From positions 4,370 through 68,369 of the forward strand of contig CAZNDH010000007.1 of assembly GCA_964571765.1 (NCBI GenBank): a DNA stretch of 64,000 bases. The letters are read 5' to 3'. The notes under the pieces were generated by a model that worked only from the letters and a program-made list of their open reading frames with translations, had not been told where the DNA came from and searched no databases. This DNA comes from an uncultured Acidimicrobiaceae bacterium. GTDB lineage: Bacteria > Actinomycetota > Acidimicrobiia > Spongiisociales > ZC4RG35. Numbering within the stretch: the first letter of the stretch is position 1; each line of letters begins with the position of its first letter. The translations under genes were made by a program, and so were the position numbers. This document shows positions 55,477 through 64,000 of the stretch, piece by piece.

Positions 55477-56507
55477 CCCATCTCTTCGATGACATCATCG
55501 GCCACGATCGGGTCAAGGCCCTGCTTGCCTCCGAGCTGGGCTCACCAGCCCAGGCCTACCTGGTGGTGGGACCGGCCTCGGTGGGCAAGCATGCCATGGC
55601 TTCCAGATTTGCCGCCGGCTTGCTGGCTCCGGTCTCGGGCGGGGCTCATGTCGTCGAGCGGGCGCTACGTCTCGGCCTCGCCGGATCACATCCCGATCTG
55701 GTGGTGATCGAGCCGGAGGGGGCAACCAGCCTCGGAGTCGACCAGGCCCGCGAGGTGGTCCGCCGGGCTTCAATGACGCCGGTGGAGGCTGATCGGACGG
55801 TGTTCCTGTTTCCCGAGGCCGGGACCATGACCGAGCAGGCGGCCAACGCCCTGCTCAAGACGCTCGAGGAGCCGTCCTCGTCGGTGGTATTCATCCTGGT
55901 CGCCGAGTCGGAGGACCAGTTCCCCGCCACCATCGCCTCACGGTGCAGAACGATCCACATGGGGAGGGTGCCGGTCGAGGAGATGACACCGGCGCTGATG
56001 CACCGAGGACTGAGCGAGGAGGGCGCCACCGGGCTGGCCGTTGTCGCAGCCGGCAGACCCGGTCTCGCTCTGGCCTTGATGACCCGGCCGGAGGTGGCCA
56101 GCTTCCGCGAGATGTGGCTCTCGATACCCCGAAAGGTGACGGCTCGCCCTGGCGACGGCCAGCACCTCGCCTCGGTGGTCCTCGCCGAGCTTGCTCCGCT
56201 GGTCGACGACTCGGTGCCCGACGACGTCTCCAAGGAGAAGGCTCAGCGAATCCGGCGCCGGGTTGAGATGTCCCTTCTGGTCAGCGGTCTGGAGATCCTG
56301 GCCTCCTGGTACGCCGACTCGGCGTCACTCCAGATGGGAGGGCCGATCCGCAACCCCGACCTCGACCTCAACTCGTTGACCGACGTCTCGCCGAGACGGG
56401 CGGTGCGTTGTGCGGAGCTGACCCTGGACGCGGTGGTCGACATCCAGTCCAATCTGCGCCGCGAACTGGTCCTGGCCAATCTGTTCGCCAGTCTCGGTTC
56501 CGACTAG
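55473..56507 (+). CDS. holB: DNA polymerase III subunit delta'
   Basis: 344 aa. AAA+ clamp-loader fold (GPASVGKHAMA, SRCR box ASRCRTIHM). GTG overlaps the tmk stop (GTGA). Confidence 0.85.
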   Translation: MTHLFDDIIGHDRVKALLASELGSPAQAYLVVGPASVGKHAMASRFAAGLLAPVSGGAHVVERALRLGLAGSHPDLVVIEPEGATSLGVDQAREVVRRASMTPVEADRTVFLFPEAGTMTEQAANALLKTLEEPSSSVVFILVAESEDQFPATIASRCRTIHMGRVPVEEMTPALMHRGLSEEGATGLAVVAAGRPGLALALMTRPEVASFREMWLSIPRKVTARPGDGQHLASVVLAELAPLVDDSVPDDVSKEKAQRIRRRVEMSLLVSGLEILASWYADSASLQMGGPIRNPDLDLNSLTDVSPRRAVRCAELTLDAVVDIQSNLRRELVLANLFASLGSD

Positions 56508-56557
56508 GCCGGCCCACCCCAACGCACAAGGGTGTGTGGTCGAGGGCACGAGCCCCG

Positions 56558-56563
56558 TATCAT
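56558..56563 (+). promoter_or_regulatory. -10 box for tRNA-Thr
   Basis: TATCAT, 9 nt before the mature 5' end at 56573. Confidence 0.45.
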
Positions 56564-56572
56564 GGGCCCGCC

Positions 56573-56644
56573 GCCGGAGTAGCTCAGGGGTAGAGCAATT
56601 CACTCGTAATGAATAGGCCAGGGGTTCGAATCCCCTCTCCGGCT
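56573..56644 (+). tRNA. tRNA-Thr (anticodon CGU)
   Basis: Hand-folded cloverleaf. Acceptor GCCGGAG/CTCCGGC, D arm GCTC-AGGGGTA-GAGC, anticodon arm ATTCA-CTCGTAA-TGAAT, T arm AGGGG-TTCGAAT-CCCCT, discriminator T. CCA is not encoded. Confidence 0.93.
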
Positions 56645-56718
56645 CTCGGGTACCGCGCCCTGACCCCGCTCGAGGGGGCGGGGGGCGATTGCCCCGTCGC
56701 GCCTGGCGGTCTGATGCC

Positions 56719-56778
56719 GGTACTCGGTACTCCGACTCGCGGCCAAAGTAGCAATTACCAAGTACAAAGCACCAGGTG
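56719..56778. repeat. heptad-periodic GTAC-rich tract (GGTACTC GGTACTC ... ATTACCA AGTACAA AGCACCA) between tRNA-Thr and the MCO stop
   Basis: Read directly. The minus strand shows TGCTTTG TACTTGG TAATTGC TACTTTG, the same TACTTGG core as at 1155 and 19340. Confidence 0.6.
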
Positions 56779-56779
56779 A

Positions 56780-58141
56780 TCACTCCTCCACGATCAGCGC
56801 GGTCAGCATCCCGAACATCGACCCGTCGCTCCGCTCGACGTGGGGGAAGATGTGACAGTGCCACACCCAAACCCCGGGTAGCTCGGCGAGGACCAGGACC
56901 GTGTACCGCTCACCTGGTGCCACATCGAGAGTGTCCACGAAGTAGGGGGACTCCAGGGGAAACCCGTCCTTGGCGATTACCAGCTGCCGGTTGTTGTGCA
57001 GGTGCATCGGGTGGTTCATCAGCCCCTCATGCATGTAGTGGACCATCAGTGCCTGGCCCTGCTGGACGACATAGGGGGTGGTCGCCGGGAACGACTTGCC
57101 GTTGAGGCTGAAACCGATGTTCCCGGCGTCGTTGAGGAACATCACTTCCTCGCCGACCACATCCCAACCGTCGGGAACCGGTATCTCACCGACGAAGAAG
57201 GCGCCGGCCAGCCCGTTGGGGACCTGGTGCAGGCCCATGTCATGGCCGTGGTACATCCCAACCGACAGTTCCTCGGCGACGAATTCCACCGACCACGTCT
57301 CCCCGGGGCGGATCGGGTTCGGCTGCGTGACGAACCCCACCCCGTCGGCCTCGATGGGATGACGGCGGACACCGTGGGGATGCCATGAGGTGATCTCGTC
57401 GAGGCGGTTCTCCACCACGATGCGAACCCGGTCGCCGACATCGACCCGTACCGTGGGCCCGGGGATCTGGCCGTTGTAGGCAATGGCGTCGACTACCTTC
57501 CCCGGCTCGACCTCCCAGCGGATCTCCTCGACGACGAAATGGAACTCCTTGGTCCCGTTGGCCAGGATCGTGGGCTCGAAGGGCAGGGCACCGGTCCCCT
57601 CGGTTGCCGCGGGGAATGGGGCCACCGACGCCAGCATGTTCTCCTCCATCTCCTCCCAGGTGATGGCGACGTGGCCGCCATGGCCATCGCTGCCACCAGT
57701 GCTCTCGGTGACCACCACGTTGGCCAGCATTCCCGCCTCGCGATGGCCGGGGATGTCACAGAAGATCTCATAGCTGCCCGGGGCGAGGTCACCGACGTCG
57801 AGAATCGCCGACTCCCCGTTACTCAACTCGGGCGTCCGCGGGCCCCCACCGAGGACCAGATCGTGGACTATGGCGCCCTCGTTGGTCACGTTGAACACGG
57901 TAGGCCCGGCGGATATCTCCAAAGGTCCGGAGATGGCGAACTCGCTGAGTCGGTAGTCGACCGTCTGGACGGAAGGCTGCGGGACGGTGGGTTGCGGCGC
58001 TGCTCCGGCGGTGTCCCCCCGAAGGGCGGCGTAGACGGCGAGGGCCCCGGCGGCTACTGCCACCAGTCCCACGAGGAGGAGCAGCCGGTCGAAGGCCTTG
58101 GCGGAGGTGTCGGGGCGCGTTGGGACAGTCTGAGGAGCCAT
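56780..58141 (-). CDS. membrane-anchored multicopper oxidase: TM helix + cupredoxin (type-1 Cu) domain + two-domain MCO core
   Basis: T1 ligands in [18 protein letters not shown] motifs [36 protein letters not shown]. Trimmed to ATG 58141 by -10 geometry. Confidence 0.85.
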   Translation of the reverse strand: MAPQTVPTRPDTSAKAFDRLLLLVGLVAVAAGALAVYAALRGDTAGAAPQPTVPQPSVQTVDYRLSEFAISGPLEISAGPTVFNVTNEGAIVHDLVLGGGPRTPELSNGESAILDVGDLAPGSYEIFCDIPGHREAGMLANVVVTESTGGSDGHGGHVAITWEEMEENMLASVAPFPAATEGTGALPFEPTILANGTKEFHFVVEEIRWEVEPGKVVDAIAYNGQIPGPTVRVDVGDRVRIVVENRLDEITSWHPHGVRRHPIEADGVGFVTQPNPIRPGETWSVEFVAEELSVGMYHGHDMGLHQVPNGLAGAFFVGEIPVPDGWDVVGEEVMFLNDAGNIGFSLNGKSFPATTPYVVQQGQALMVHYMHEGLMNHPMHLHNNRQLVIAKDGFPLESPYFVDTLDVAPGERYTVLVLAELPGVWVWHCHIFPHVERSDGSMFGMLTALIVEE

Positions 58142-58147
58142 CTCGCC

Positions 58148-58153
58148 ACGGTA
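58148..58153 (-). promoter_or_regulatory. -10 box, leaderless multicopper oxidase gene
   Basis: TACCGT (minus strand), 6 nt before ATG 58141. Confidence 0.5.
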
Positions 58154-58276
58154 GACCGGTTGCCCGCCCCTCAGGTAGGGACCTTGGTCCCGACCTGTCC
58201 CAGGCGAAAGCCCTGCCGCCGGCGTCGCGCCTGGACTCTCGGGGCCCTCCGCAACAGGACTACCGTGCCGCCGCAC

Positions 58277-58855
58277 ATGGCCGATCAGGCGACCTTCGAA
58301 CAGGACGCCCTCGAGTACGCCCGTCAGCTCTATTCGGCGGCTCTGCGGATGACCCGGAATCCGGCCGACGCCGAGGATCTGGTCCAGGAGACGTATCTCA
58401 AGGCGTACCGCGCATATGGCACCTTCGAGGAGGGCACCAACCTGAAGGCGTGGCTTTACCGGATCCTGACCAACACCTTCATCAACAAGTACCGGTCAGA
58501 CGCCCGCCGCCCCAAGCAGTCGGAGCTGGGCGACATCGAGGACCTCTACATGTACCGGAGAATCGGCGCCGGTGACTCGGCCGAGGCCGCCCGCAGTGCT
58601 GAGGACCGGGTGCTCGACTCCCTGGTGGAAGGGGACATCAAGCAAGCGGTGGAGGATCTCCCCGAGAACTTTCGGCTCCCCGTGTTGCTCGCCGACCTCG
58701 AGGGTTTTTCATACAAGGAGATCGCCGAGATCCTCGACATCCCCATCGGGACGGTGATGTCGCGTCTCCATCGGGGAAGAAAGGCGATGCAGAAGAGGTT
58801 GTGGGAGTTTGCGGAGCAGCGCGGATTGCTCCCTGACGACGCCGAGAGACCATGA
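58277..58855 (+). CDS. sigH: ECF sigma factor, SigH/SigR-like (paired with a ZAS anti-sigma)
   Basis: 192 aa. Region 2 [22 protein letters not shown] and region 4 [24 protein letters not shown]. Trimmed from the antisense-extended track ORF. Confidence 0.88.
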   Translation: MADQATFEQDALEYARQLYSAALRMTRNPADAEDLVQETYLKAYRAYGTFEEGTNLKAWLYRILTNTFINKYRSDARRPKQSELGDIEDLYMYRRIGAGDSAEAARSAEDRVLDSLVEGDIKQAVEDLPENFRLPVLLADLEGFSYKEIAEILDIPIGTVMSRLHRGRKAMQKRLWEFAEQRGLLPDDAERP

Positions 58856-59097
58856 GCCGAGACTGCGAAGACGCACTCGCCAACCTCTACAACTACCTCG
58901 ATGACGAGCTGGACGGGGGCACCGTCGATCGTATCCGGGCACATCTCGGTGACTGCCCCGACTGCGACCGTCCATTCGACTTCGAGGTCAGGCTGCGCGA
59001 GGTGATCCGCGCCAAGCTCGATGAGGAGATTCCCCAGGCGATGATCGTCAGGATTCAGACGATCCTCTCCGTCGAGCACGGTGGGGGTACCGGCTGA
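58852..59097 (+). CDS. rshA: zinc-binding anti-sigma factor (ZAS; RshA/RsrA-like)
   Basis: 81 aa. C-x..-HLGDCPDC (HxxxCxxC) motif. ATG overlaps the sigma stop (ATGA). Confidence 0.85.
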   Translation: MSRDCEDALANLYNYLDDELDGGTVDRIRAHLGDCPDCDRPFDFEVRLREVIRAKLDEEIPQAMIVRIQTILSVEHGGGTG

Positions 59098-59118
59098 CTT
59101 CCTGTCCCGGTCGGCAGC

Positions 59119-59124
59119 TACGGT
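59119..59124 (+). promoter_or_regulatory. -10 box, leaderless lhr
   Basis: TACGGT, 7 nt before ATG 59132. Confidence 0.5.
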
Positions 59125-59131
59125 TGGGATC

Positions 59132-62100
59132 ATGACCACCTCGGAGAGGGTTCAGGGTTTTCATCCCGTGGTGGCCACCTGGTTCGAACGCCGCTTCACT
59201 GCCCCAACCGATGCCCAGGCCGAGGGGTGGAAGGCGATCGCCTCGGGGACCGATGTCCTCGTCGCCGCCCCCACCGGCTCAGGCAAGACCCTGGCAGCCT
59301 TCTTGGTGGGGATCGACCAGCTGATCCGTCGAGCCGAGTCGGGCGAGCTCTCCGGAGAAACCGACATCGTCTACGTATCTCCGCTCAAGGCACTGAGCAA
59401 TGACATCTCCCGCAACTTGGAGAGACCGCTCGCCGAGATGACCGAGATCGCCACCGAGATGGGCTATTCGCTCCCGGAGATCAGAGTGGGCCTGCGCACG
59501 GGCGACACCACCCAGAGCGAACGCCAGATGCTGGTGCGCCGCCCTCCCCACATCCTGGTGACCACCCCGGAGTCCCTCTACCTGATGGTGACCGCCGGAA
59601 GAAGCCGCGCCACCTTGCGGAGGGCGTCCACCGTCATCGTCGACGAGATTCACGCCTTGGCCCGTGACCGGAGGGGCAGCCACCTGTCGCTCACCCTCGC
59701 CCGGCTCGACCACCTGGTCGAAGGCGAGGGTAGGCAGCGTCCTCGTCGCATCGGGCTCTCGGCAACGCAGAGCCCGATCGAGGAGATCGGCTCCTTCCTG
59801 GTCGGAACCGACATGCCCTGTCACATTGTCGACCGGGGCCACCAGCGCGACCTGGAACTGGCAGTCGAGGTCCCACCCTCCGACCTGGAGGCGGTTGCGA
59901 CCCGGGAGCAGTGGGAGGACATCTACCGGAGACTCGGCGAGCTCGTGGCCGCTCATCACACCACTCTCATCTTCGTCAACACCCGGGCCCTGTGTGAGAG
60001 GATTGCCCACAACCTGACTCAACTCCTGGGCGACGACGCCGTGGCCTCCCATCACGGCTCGCTGTCCAAGGATCGGCGACTCAAGGTGGAGCAGCGGCTC
60101 AAGGAGGGCAATCTCAAGGCCTTGGTAGCGACTGCTTCGCTCGAACTGGGCATCGACATCGGCACCATCGACCTGGTCTGTCAGATCGGTTCCCCGGGCA
60201 GCATCGCCACCTTCCTGCAGCGGGTGGGGAGATCGGGCCACGCCCTCGGCCTGCGCCCGCATGGAAGGTTGTTTCCCACTACAAGGGATCAGCTGGTGGA
60301 GTGCGCCGCCCTGGTGCGTGCGGTGCGTGTCGGCCGTCTCGACCGGATCTGGCCGCTGAGGGCGCCCCTCGATGTCCTCGCCCAGCAGATCGTGGCTGAG
60401 GTGTCCGCCGCCGAGGAGTGGGACGAGGACGGGCTGTTCCAGCTGTTCACCAGGGCGGCCCCCTACGCCGAATTGGCCCGTGAGGATTACCACGAAATCG
60501 TCGAGATGTTGTCCCGGGGGATCGGTGAGGGAGCCGGACGGGCCGCTCCGCTGCTCCATCGGGACGGGATCAACCGTGTGCTCCGTCCCCGCCGAGCCGC
60601 CCGCCTCTCCGCCCTCCAGAACGGCGGGACCATCCCCGAGTTGGGCGACTATCGGGTGGTCACCGAGCCCGAAGGCACTCTCGTGGGTACGGTGAACGAG
60701 GACTTCGCCATCGAGTCGGCGGCGGGAGACATCTTTCTCCTCGGCTCCACTTCCTGGCGAATATCCCGGGTCGAGCAGTCGACGGTCCGGGTGGTCGACG
60801 CCCAGGGTGCTCCTCCGACCATACCCTTCTGGCTGGGTGAGGCACCGGGGCGGACCCTCGAGCTCTCCGAAGAGGTAGGGAGGCTTCGCCGCGAGGTGGC
60901 TTCAGGCCTCGGACAGCCCGAGGCAATCAAGGCGATGTTGGTCGAGGAATCCTCGGTGAGCCCTCTCGGAGCCGAGCAGATCTTCGAATACATCAGCGCC
61001 ACCCGGGACGGGCTCGGTGTGGTCCCCTCCGACCTCGACGTGGTCTTCGAGCGTTTCTTCGACGACTCGGGAGGCATGCAGCTGGTGGTGCACGCCCCTT
61101 TTGGCCAGCGAATCAATCGGGCATGGGGCCTGGCCCTGCGCAAGCGGTTCTGCACCGCATTCGACTTCGAGCTCCAGGCGGCGGCGAATGACGACGCCAT
61201 CCTCCTTTCTTCGGGACCACAACACTCCTGGCCACTGGAGGAGGCGTTCTCCTGGGTCGACTCGGCAAACGTCGAGATCTCGGTTCACAAGTCGGTCTTC
61301 TACATCCCGCTGTTCCCCACCCGGTGGCGGTGGAACCTGACCCGCGCCCTCGCTGTTCCCCGCATTCGTGGGGGACGCCAGGTTCCTCCGTTTCTGCAAC
61401 GGCTACGCGCCGACGACCTGATGGCGGCGGTCTTCCCCCAGCAGGTCGGCTGCCAGGAGCACATGGACGAGCCGTTGCGTCTCCCCGATCACCCGTTGAT
61501 GCATCAGACCATGCGCGACTGCTTGTTCGAGGCGATGGACGTCGAAGGCCTGCGAAGAGTGCTGCAACGGGTTGAGCGGGAGGAGATCCGCTACCACGCC
61601 CGCGACACCACCGAGCCGTCCCCGATGGCTCATGAGATCGTGTCTGGTCGGCCGTACACCTTCCTGGACGACGCCCCGTTGGAGGAGCGCCGTACCAGAG
61701 CGGTCGGTCTCAGGCATGGTCTCCCGGAGAGCACGCGGGACTTGGCCGCGCTCGATCCGGACGCCATCGCCCGGGTGGCCGACCAGGCGTGGCCCGAGCC
61801 CAGGGACGTCGAGGAGACCCACGACGCCCTGCTCGGCTGGGTCGCCGTTGCCGAGGATGTGGTGCCCGATTGGATCGACCACCTGGCGACTCTGGAGGAT
61901 TCGGGCCGGGCCCTGGCCGGACTGGTAGGCGAAGTGAGAGTCTGGTTCCCTGCCGAGCACATCGAGTTGATTCGGCTCCTCTTCCCAGCGGCGGACCTTC
62001 CCAGCCCAACTCTCCCGGCGGGCGTAGCCACCTCGGTGGAGAGCAGGGAAGAGGCACGGTTGCTCATGCTTCGTGGCCACGCCGAGACCGCGGGGGTCGC

Positions 62101-63391
62101 CACCCCGGCACAGTTCGCAGCCCGTTGCGGCCTCACTCCGGTCGACGCGGACCGCGGACTCCGGCAATTGGAGGCCAGAGGCCACGTGTTGCGCGGGAGG
62201 TTCACTCCCGGCACCGAGGAGGACGAGTTCTGCGAAAGACGTCTCCTGGCCCGGATTCACCGGTACACGCTCGATTCTCTGAGACGCGAGATCGACCCGG
62301 TCTCCAAACAGGACTACATGAGGTTCCTTCTGCGCTGGCAGTGGCTCGATCCCGGGAGTCGGGCAGAAGGTCGAGCCGGGTTGAGACAGGTGATCCACCG
62401 CCTGCGCGGGTTCGAGGCACCTGCAGGAGTCTGGGAGTCCCGGCTGATACGCGATCGGATGGCCGAGTACCAACCGAGCTGGCTCGACGAGCTGTGTCTG
62501 GGTGGAGAGGTGGCCTGGGCCCGTCTCACACCCCGACGGGGGGGAGGGTCGGAGGGCGAAGGCGGCAACCTCAAACCCACTGCGGCGGCCACCCGGGCCA
62601 CCCCGGTCACCCTCACCGACAGGCTGGGGCTCACAGCCCAGCTGGCCGCCACCCGTTGGTATCGAGAGGGCCCGGTTCTCGAGCCGACAGCTGGAGCCGC
62701 TGCCGAGATACTCGAATTGCTCCGGGCAAGGGGCGCGGTCTTCTTCGATGAGCTGGTCACCGGGACCGGGCGGATCATGACCGACGTCGAGCAGGGCCTG
62801 CGGGAGTTGGTCGCCACCGGTCACGTCAGCTCCGACGGCTTCCAAGGTCTCCGGGAGCTGGCAGGTCGTCGACGCAGCCAGCACCGCGACCGGGGGCGAC
62901 GGTCCTCCAACTATCTGCGGGGCGGGCTGTTCGCCGGTGGCGGGCCTCCGGGCAGATGGTCGCCGGTGGCCCCTCCTCCGAGAGAGGCGTTCGACGAGGA
63001 GGAGCTGGCCGAGGAGGTCGCCTCGATCCTTCTCGACCGGTACGGCGTGGTGTTCCGAGACCTATGGGCACGCGAGAGCATGCTGATCCCCTGGCGTCTG
63101 GTCCTGAGGGCTCTGCGACGCATGGAAGCCCGGGGCCAGGCGCGGGGCGGGCGATTCGTCCAGGGGGTGGCCGGTGAGCAGTACGCCTTGCCCGAGGCGG
63201 TCGCCGAGCTTCGCCAGGTCAGGAAGGCACCCAAGGATGGCACGCCGATCACGGTGAGCACCTCCGACCCGGTCAACCTCACCGGGGTCGTCCTCCCCGG
63301 GGAGCGCGTGCCGGCGACATCGGGACGAACTCTCACGCTGGTCGACGGCCTGCCCACGCAGCCGGCCGACGTCAAGGCGAGTGCGGGCTGA
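59132..63391 (+). CDS. lhr: Lhr-family large ATP-dependent DEAD/DEAH-box helicase
   Basis: 1419 aa. Motif I AAPTGSGKT, motif II VIVDEIHAL (DEIH), and the long Lhr C-terminal extension. Trimmed to ATG 59132. Confidence 0.92.
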   Translation: MTTSERVQGFHPVVATWFERRFTAPTDAQAEGWKAIASGTDVLVAAPTGSGKTLAAFLVGIDQLIRRAESGELSGETDIVYVSPLKALSNDISRNLERPLAEMTEIATEMGYSLPEIRVGLRTGDTTQSERQMLVRRPPHILVTTPESLYLMVTAGRSRATLRRASTVIVDEIHALARDRRGSHLSLTLARLDHLVEGEGRQRPRRIGLSATQSPIEEIGSFLVGTDMPCHIVDRGHQRDLELAVEVPPSDLEAVATREQWEDIYRRLGELVAAHHTTLIFVNTRALCERIAHNLTQLLGDDAVASHHGSLSKDRRLKVEQRLKEGNLKALVATASLELGIDIGTIDLVCQIGSPGSIATFLQRVGRSGHALGLRPHGRLFPTTRDQLVECAALVRAVRVGRLDRIWPLRAPLDVLAQQIVAEVSAAEEWDEDGLFQLFTRAAPYAELAREDYHEIVEMLSRGIGEGAGRAAPLLHRDGINRVLRPRRAARLSALQNGGTIPELGDYRVVTEPEGTLVGTVNEDFAIESAAGDIFLLGSTSWRISRVEQSTVRVVDAQGAPPTIPFWLGEAPGRTLELSEEVGRLRREVASGLGQPEAIKAMLVEESSVSPLGAEQIFEYISATRDGLGVVPSDLDVVFERFFDDSGGMQLVVHAPFGQRINRAWGLALRKRFCTAFDFELQAAANDDAILLSSGPQHSWPLEEAFSWVDSANVEISVHKSVFYIPLFPTRWRWNLTRALAVPRIRGGRQVPPFLQRLRADDLMAAVFPQQVGCQEHMDEPLRLPDHPLMHQTMRDCLFEAMDVEGLRRVLQRVEREEIRYHARDTTEPSPMAHEIVSGRPYTFLDDAPLEERRTRAVGLRHGLPESTRDLAALDPDAIARVADQAWPEPRDVEETHDALLGWVAVAEDVVPDWIDHLATLEDSGRALAGLVGEVRVWFPAEHIELIRLLFPAADLPSPTLPAGVATSVESREEARLLMLRGHAETAGVATPAQFAARCGLTPVDADRGLRQLEARGHVLRGRFTPGTEEDEFCERRLLARIHRYTLDSLRREIDPVSKQDYMRFLLRWQWLDPGSRAEGRAGLRQVIHRLRGFEAPAGVWESRLIRDRMAEYQPSWLDELCLGGEVAWARLTPRRGGGSEGEGGNLKPTAAATRATPVTLTDRLGLTAQLAATRWYREGPVLEPTAGAAAEILELLRARGAVFFDELVTGTGRIMTDVEQGLRELVATGHVSSDGFQGLRELAGRRRSQHRDRGRRSSNYLRGGLFAGGGPPGRWSPVAPPPREAFDEEELAEEVASILLDRYGVVFRDLWARESMLIPWRLVLRALRRMEARGQARGGRFVQGVAGEQYALPEAVAELRQVRKAPKDGTPITVSTSDPVNLTGVVLPGERVPATSGRTLTLVDGLPTQPADVKASAG

Positions 63392-63420
63392 CGAGAGTCG
63401 ATGTGGCCGCAGTGGGGAAG

Positions 63421-63426
63421 TAGGCT
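63421..63426 (+). promoter_or_regulatory. -10 box, leaderless orf63434
   Basis: TAGGCT, 7 nt before ATG 63434. Confidence 0.5.
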
Positions 63427-63433
63427 CGGGCCC

Positions 63434-63742
63434 ATGAGTAGAGCCGATGGCCGAACCAGTCCGGTCAGTGCCGTCATCCTTCTGGTGGTGCTCACCTCCC
63501 TGTTCACATTGCCCGCCGGGGCCCAGGAAGAGGGTGAAGAGTCGACGACCACTACCACCACCATCCAGGTGACTCCGGCGGTGCCCATCGAGACACCGAC
63601 CACGACTCCAGCACAGGCCGATTGGACCTACCGCTTCCTCATCCCCACCGGTCTGGTCCTGGTCGCGGTGGTCATCCTGATGACCTCGATCCGATACTTC
63701 ACCAACGTGGTGCGCAAGCGGTACCGCATCGTCGAGGAGTGA
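63434..63742 (+). CDS. small exported/membrane protein with Thr-rich linker
   Basis: Signal-like VSAVILLVVLTSLFTLPAGA, TTTTTT linker, TM GLVLVAVVILMTSI, basic tail. ATG 63434 supported by -10 geometry. Confidence 0.55.
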   Translation: MSRADGRTSPVSAVILLVVLTSLFTLPAGAQEEGEESTTTTTTIQVTPAVPIETPTTTPAQADWTYRFLIPTGLVLVAVVILMTSIRYFTNVVRKRYRIVEE

Positions 63743-63771
63743 CGCCTCCCCGGCCTGGTGAGGGCCGTCTC

Positions 63772-64000
63772 GTGGGGAGGATCGCCGGAACCTACCCGCT
63801 CGCCGACACCTATCACCTTTTCGCCCTGGTCGAGGAGATGGCGACCATCACTGCCGAGGTGTCACTCCTGGTCCCGGAGGCTACCGGTCTCCAGTTGCCC
63901 GGCAGTCCCGACACCATGATCGTCAGTCGCCACGAGTGGGTGGAGCGCAACACCGCCGCCTTCGCCCACATGGTCGAACCGGCGCGCCGGCAGATGGAAG
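63772..64000 (+). CDS. zinc-dependent metalloprotease-like protein (DUF2342-type), 5' part only
   Basis: ..PEATGLQLPGSPDTMIVSRHEWVERNTAAF resembles the family N-terminal region. GTG 63772 with GGTGAGGG upstream (GTG 63739 is the alternative). Runs off the window. Confidence 0.45.
   Translation, partial: MGRIAGTYPLADTYHLFALVEEMATITAEVSLLVPEATGLQLPGSPDTMIVSRHEWVERNTAAFAHMVEPARRQME

Noticed and set aside
56645-56779. Integrated element or att-site remnant downstream of tRNA-Thr
   Set aside because: There is no integrase, no direct repeat of the tRNA 3' end, and no compositional shift. The flanking genes (holB, oxidase, sigH) are core-type.
58142-58276. SigH/SigR-type autoregulatory promoter (GGAAT-N18-GTT) upstream of the ECF sigma gene
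   Set aside because: No acceptable match was found on the plus strand. Only a TACCGT box 10 nt before the ATG is visible, so no ECF promoter is claimed.

Overview
High-GC (about two-thirds G+C by eye) chromosomal core region, with gene content and order typical of Actinomycetota. I infer an Acidimicrobiia-like or other deep actinobacterial lineage from content alone. About 66 protein genes and one tRNA are supported. They include secE(partial)-nusG-rplKA-rplJL, pepN, serB (ACT-ACT-HAD type), gnd, ppgK, hflX, maeB and ctaA. Also present are soxR plus a divergent MBL hydrolase, a principal-type sigma-70, a heterodimeric ABC exporter, a MutT1-like Nudix/histidine-phosphatase fusion and a fused 2-oxoacid dehydrogenase E1 alpha/beta. 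The second half carries hisC, an MMPL transporter, HU, ispD, a seven-gene actinobacterial Tad/Flp-like locus, PolX, PIN-PhoH2, topA-tmk-holB, tRNA-Thr(CGU), a membrane-anchored multicopper oxidase, sigH-rshA-like genes and Lhr. I saw no mobile elements, CRISPR arrays or rRNA genes. The many long antisense ORFs in the six-frame track are high-GC artefacts. Strongest sequence-level observations: (1) 25 gene starts carry a TAnnnT -10-like hexamer exactly 6-9 nt upstream of the start codon and have no Shine-Dalgarno. This implies pervasive leaderless transcription and lets many start codons be refined. (2) A 274-bp convergent spacer (18087-18360) holds a 16-nt element able to pair fully with the 16S rRNA 3' tail, set in a structured context; it is a candidate small RNA or micro-ORF. 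(3) The Tad-like locus has a P-loop-degenerate CpaE/Ssd-like gene and is headed by a half-length IspD-like ORF back-to-back with ispD. (4) The fused E1 alpha/beta gene has no canonical in-frame start codon upstream of its conserved N-terminus. (5) Dispersed heptad GTACTTG arrays and a nested TGTGCACA palindrome are not explained by the gene features. Nothing here can be shown from sequence alone to be a new system. The candidates are ranked honestly in the findings.
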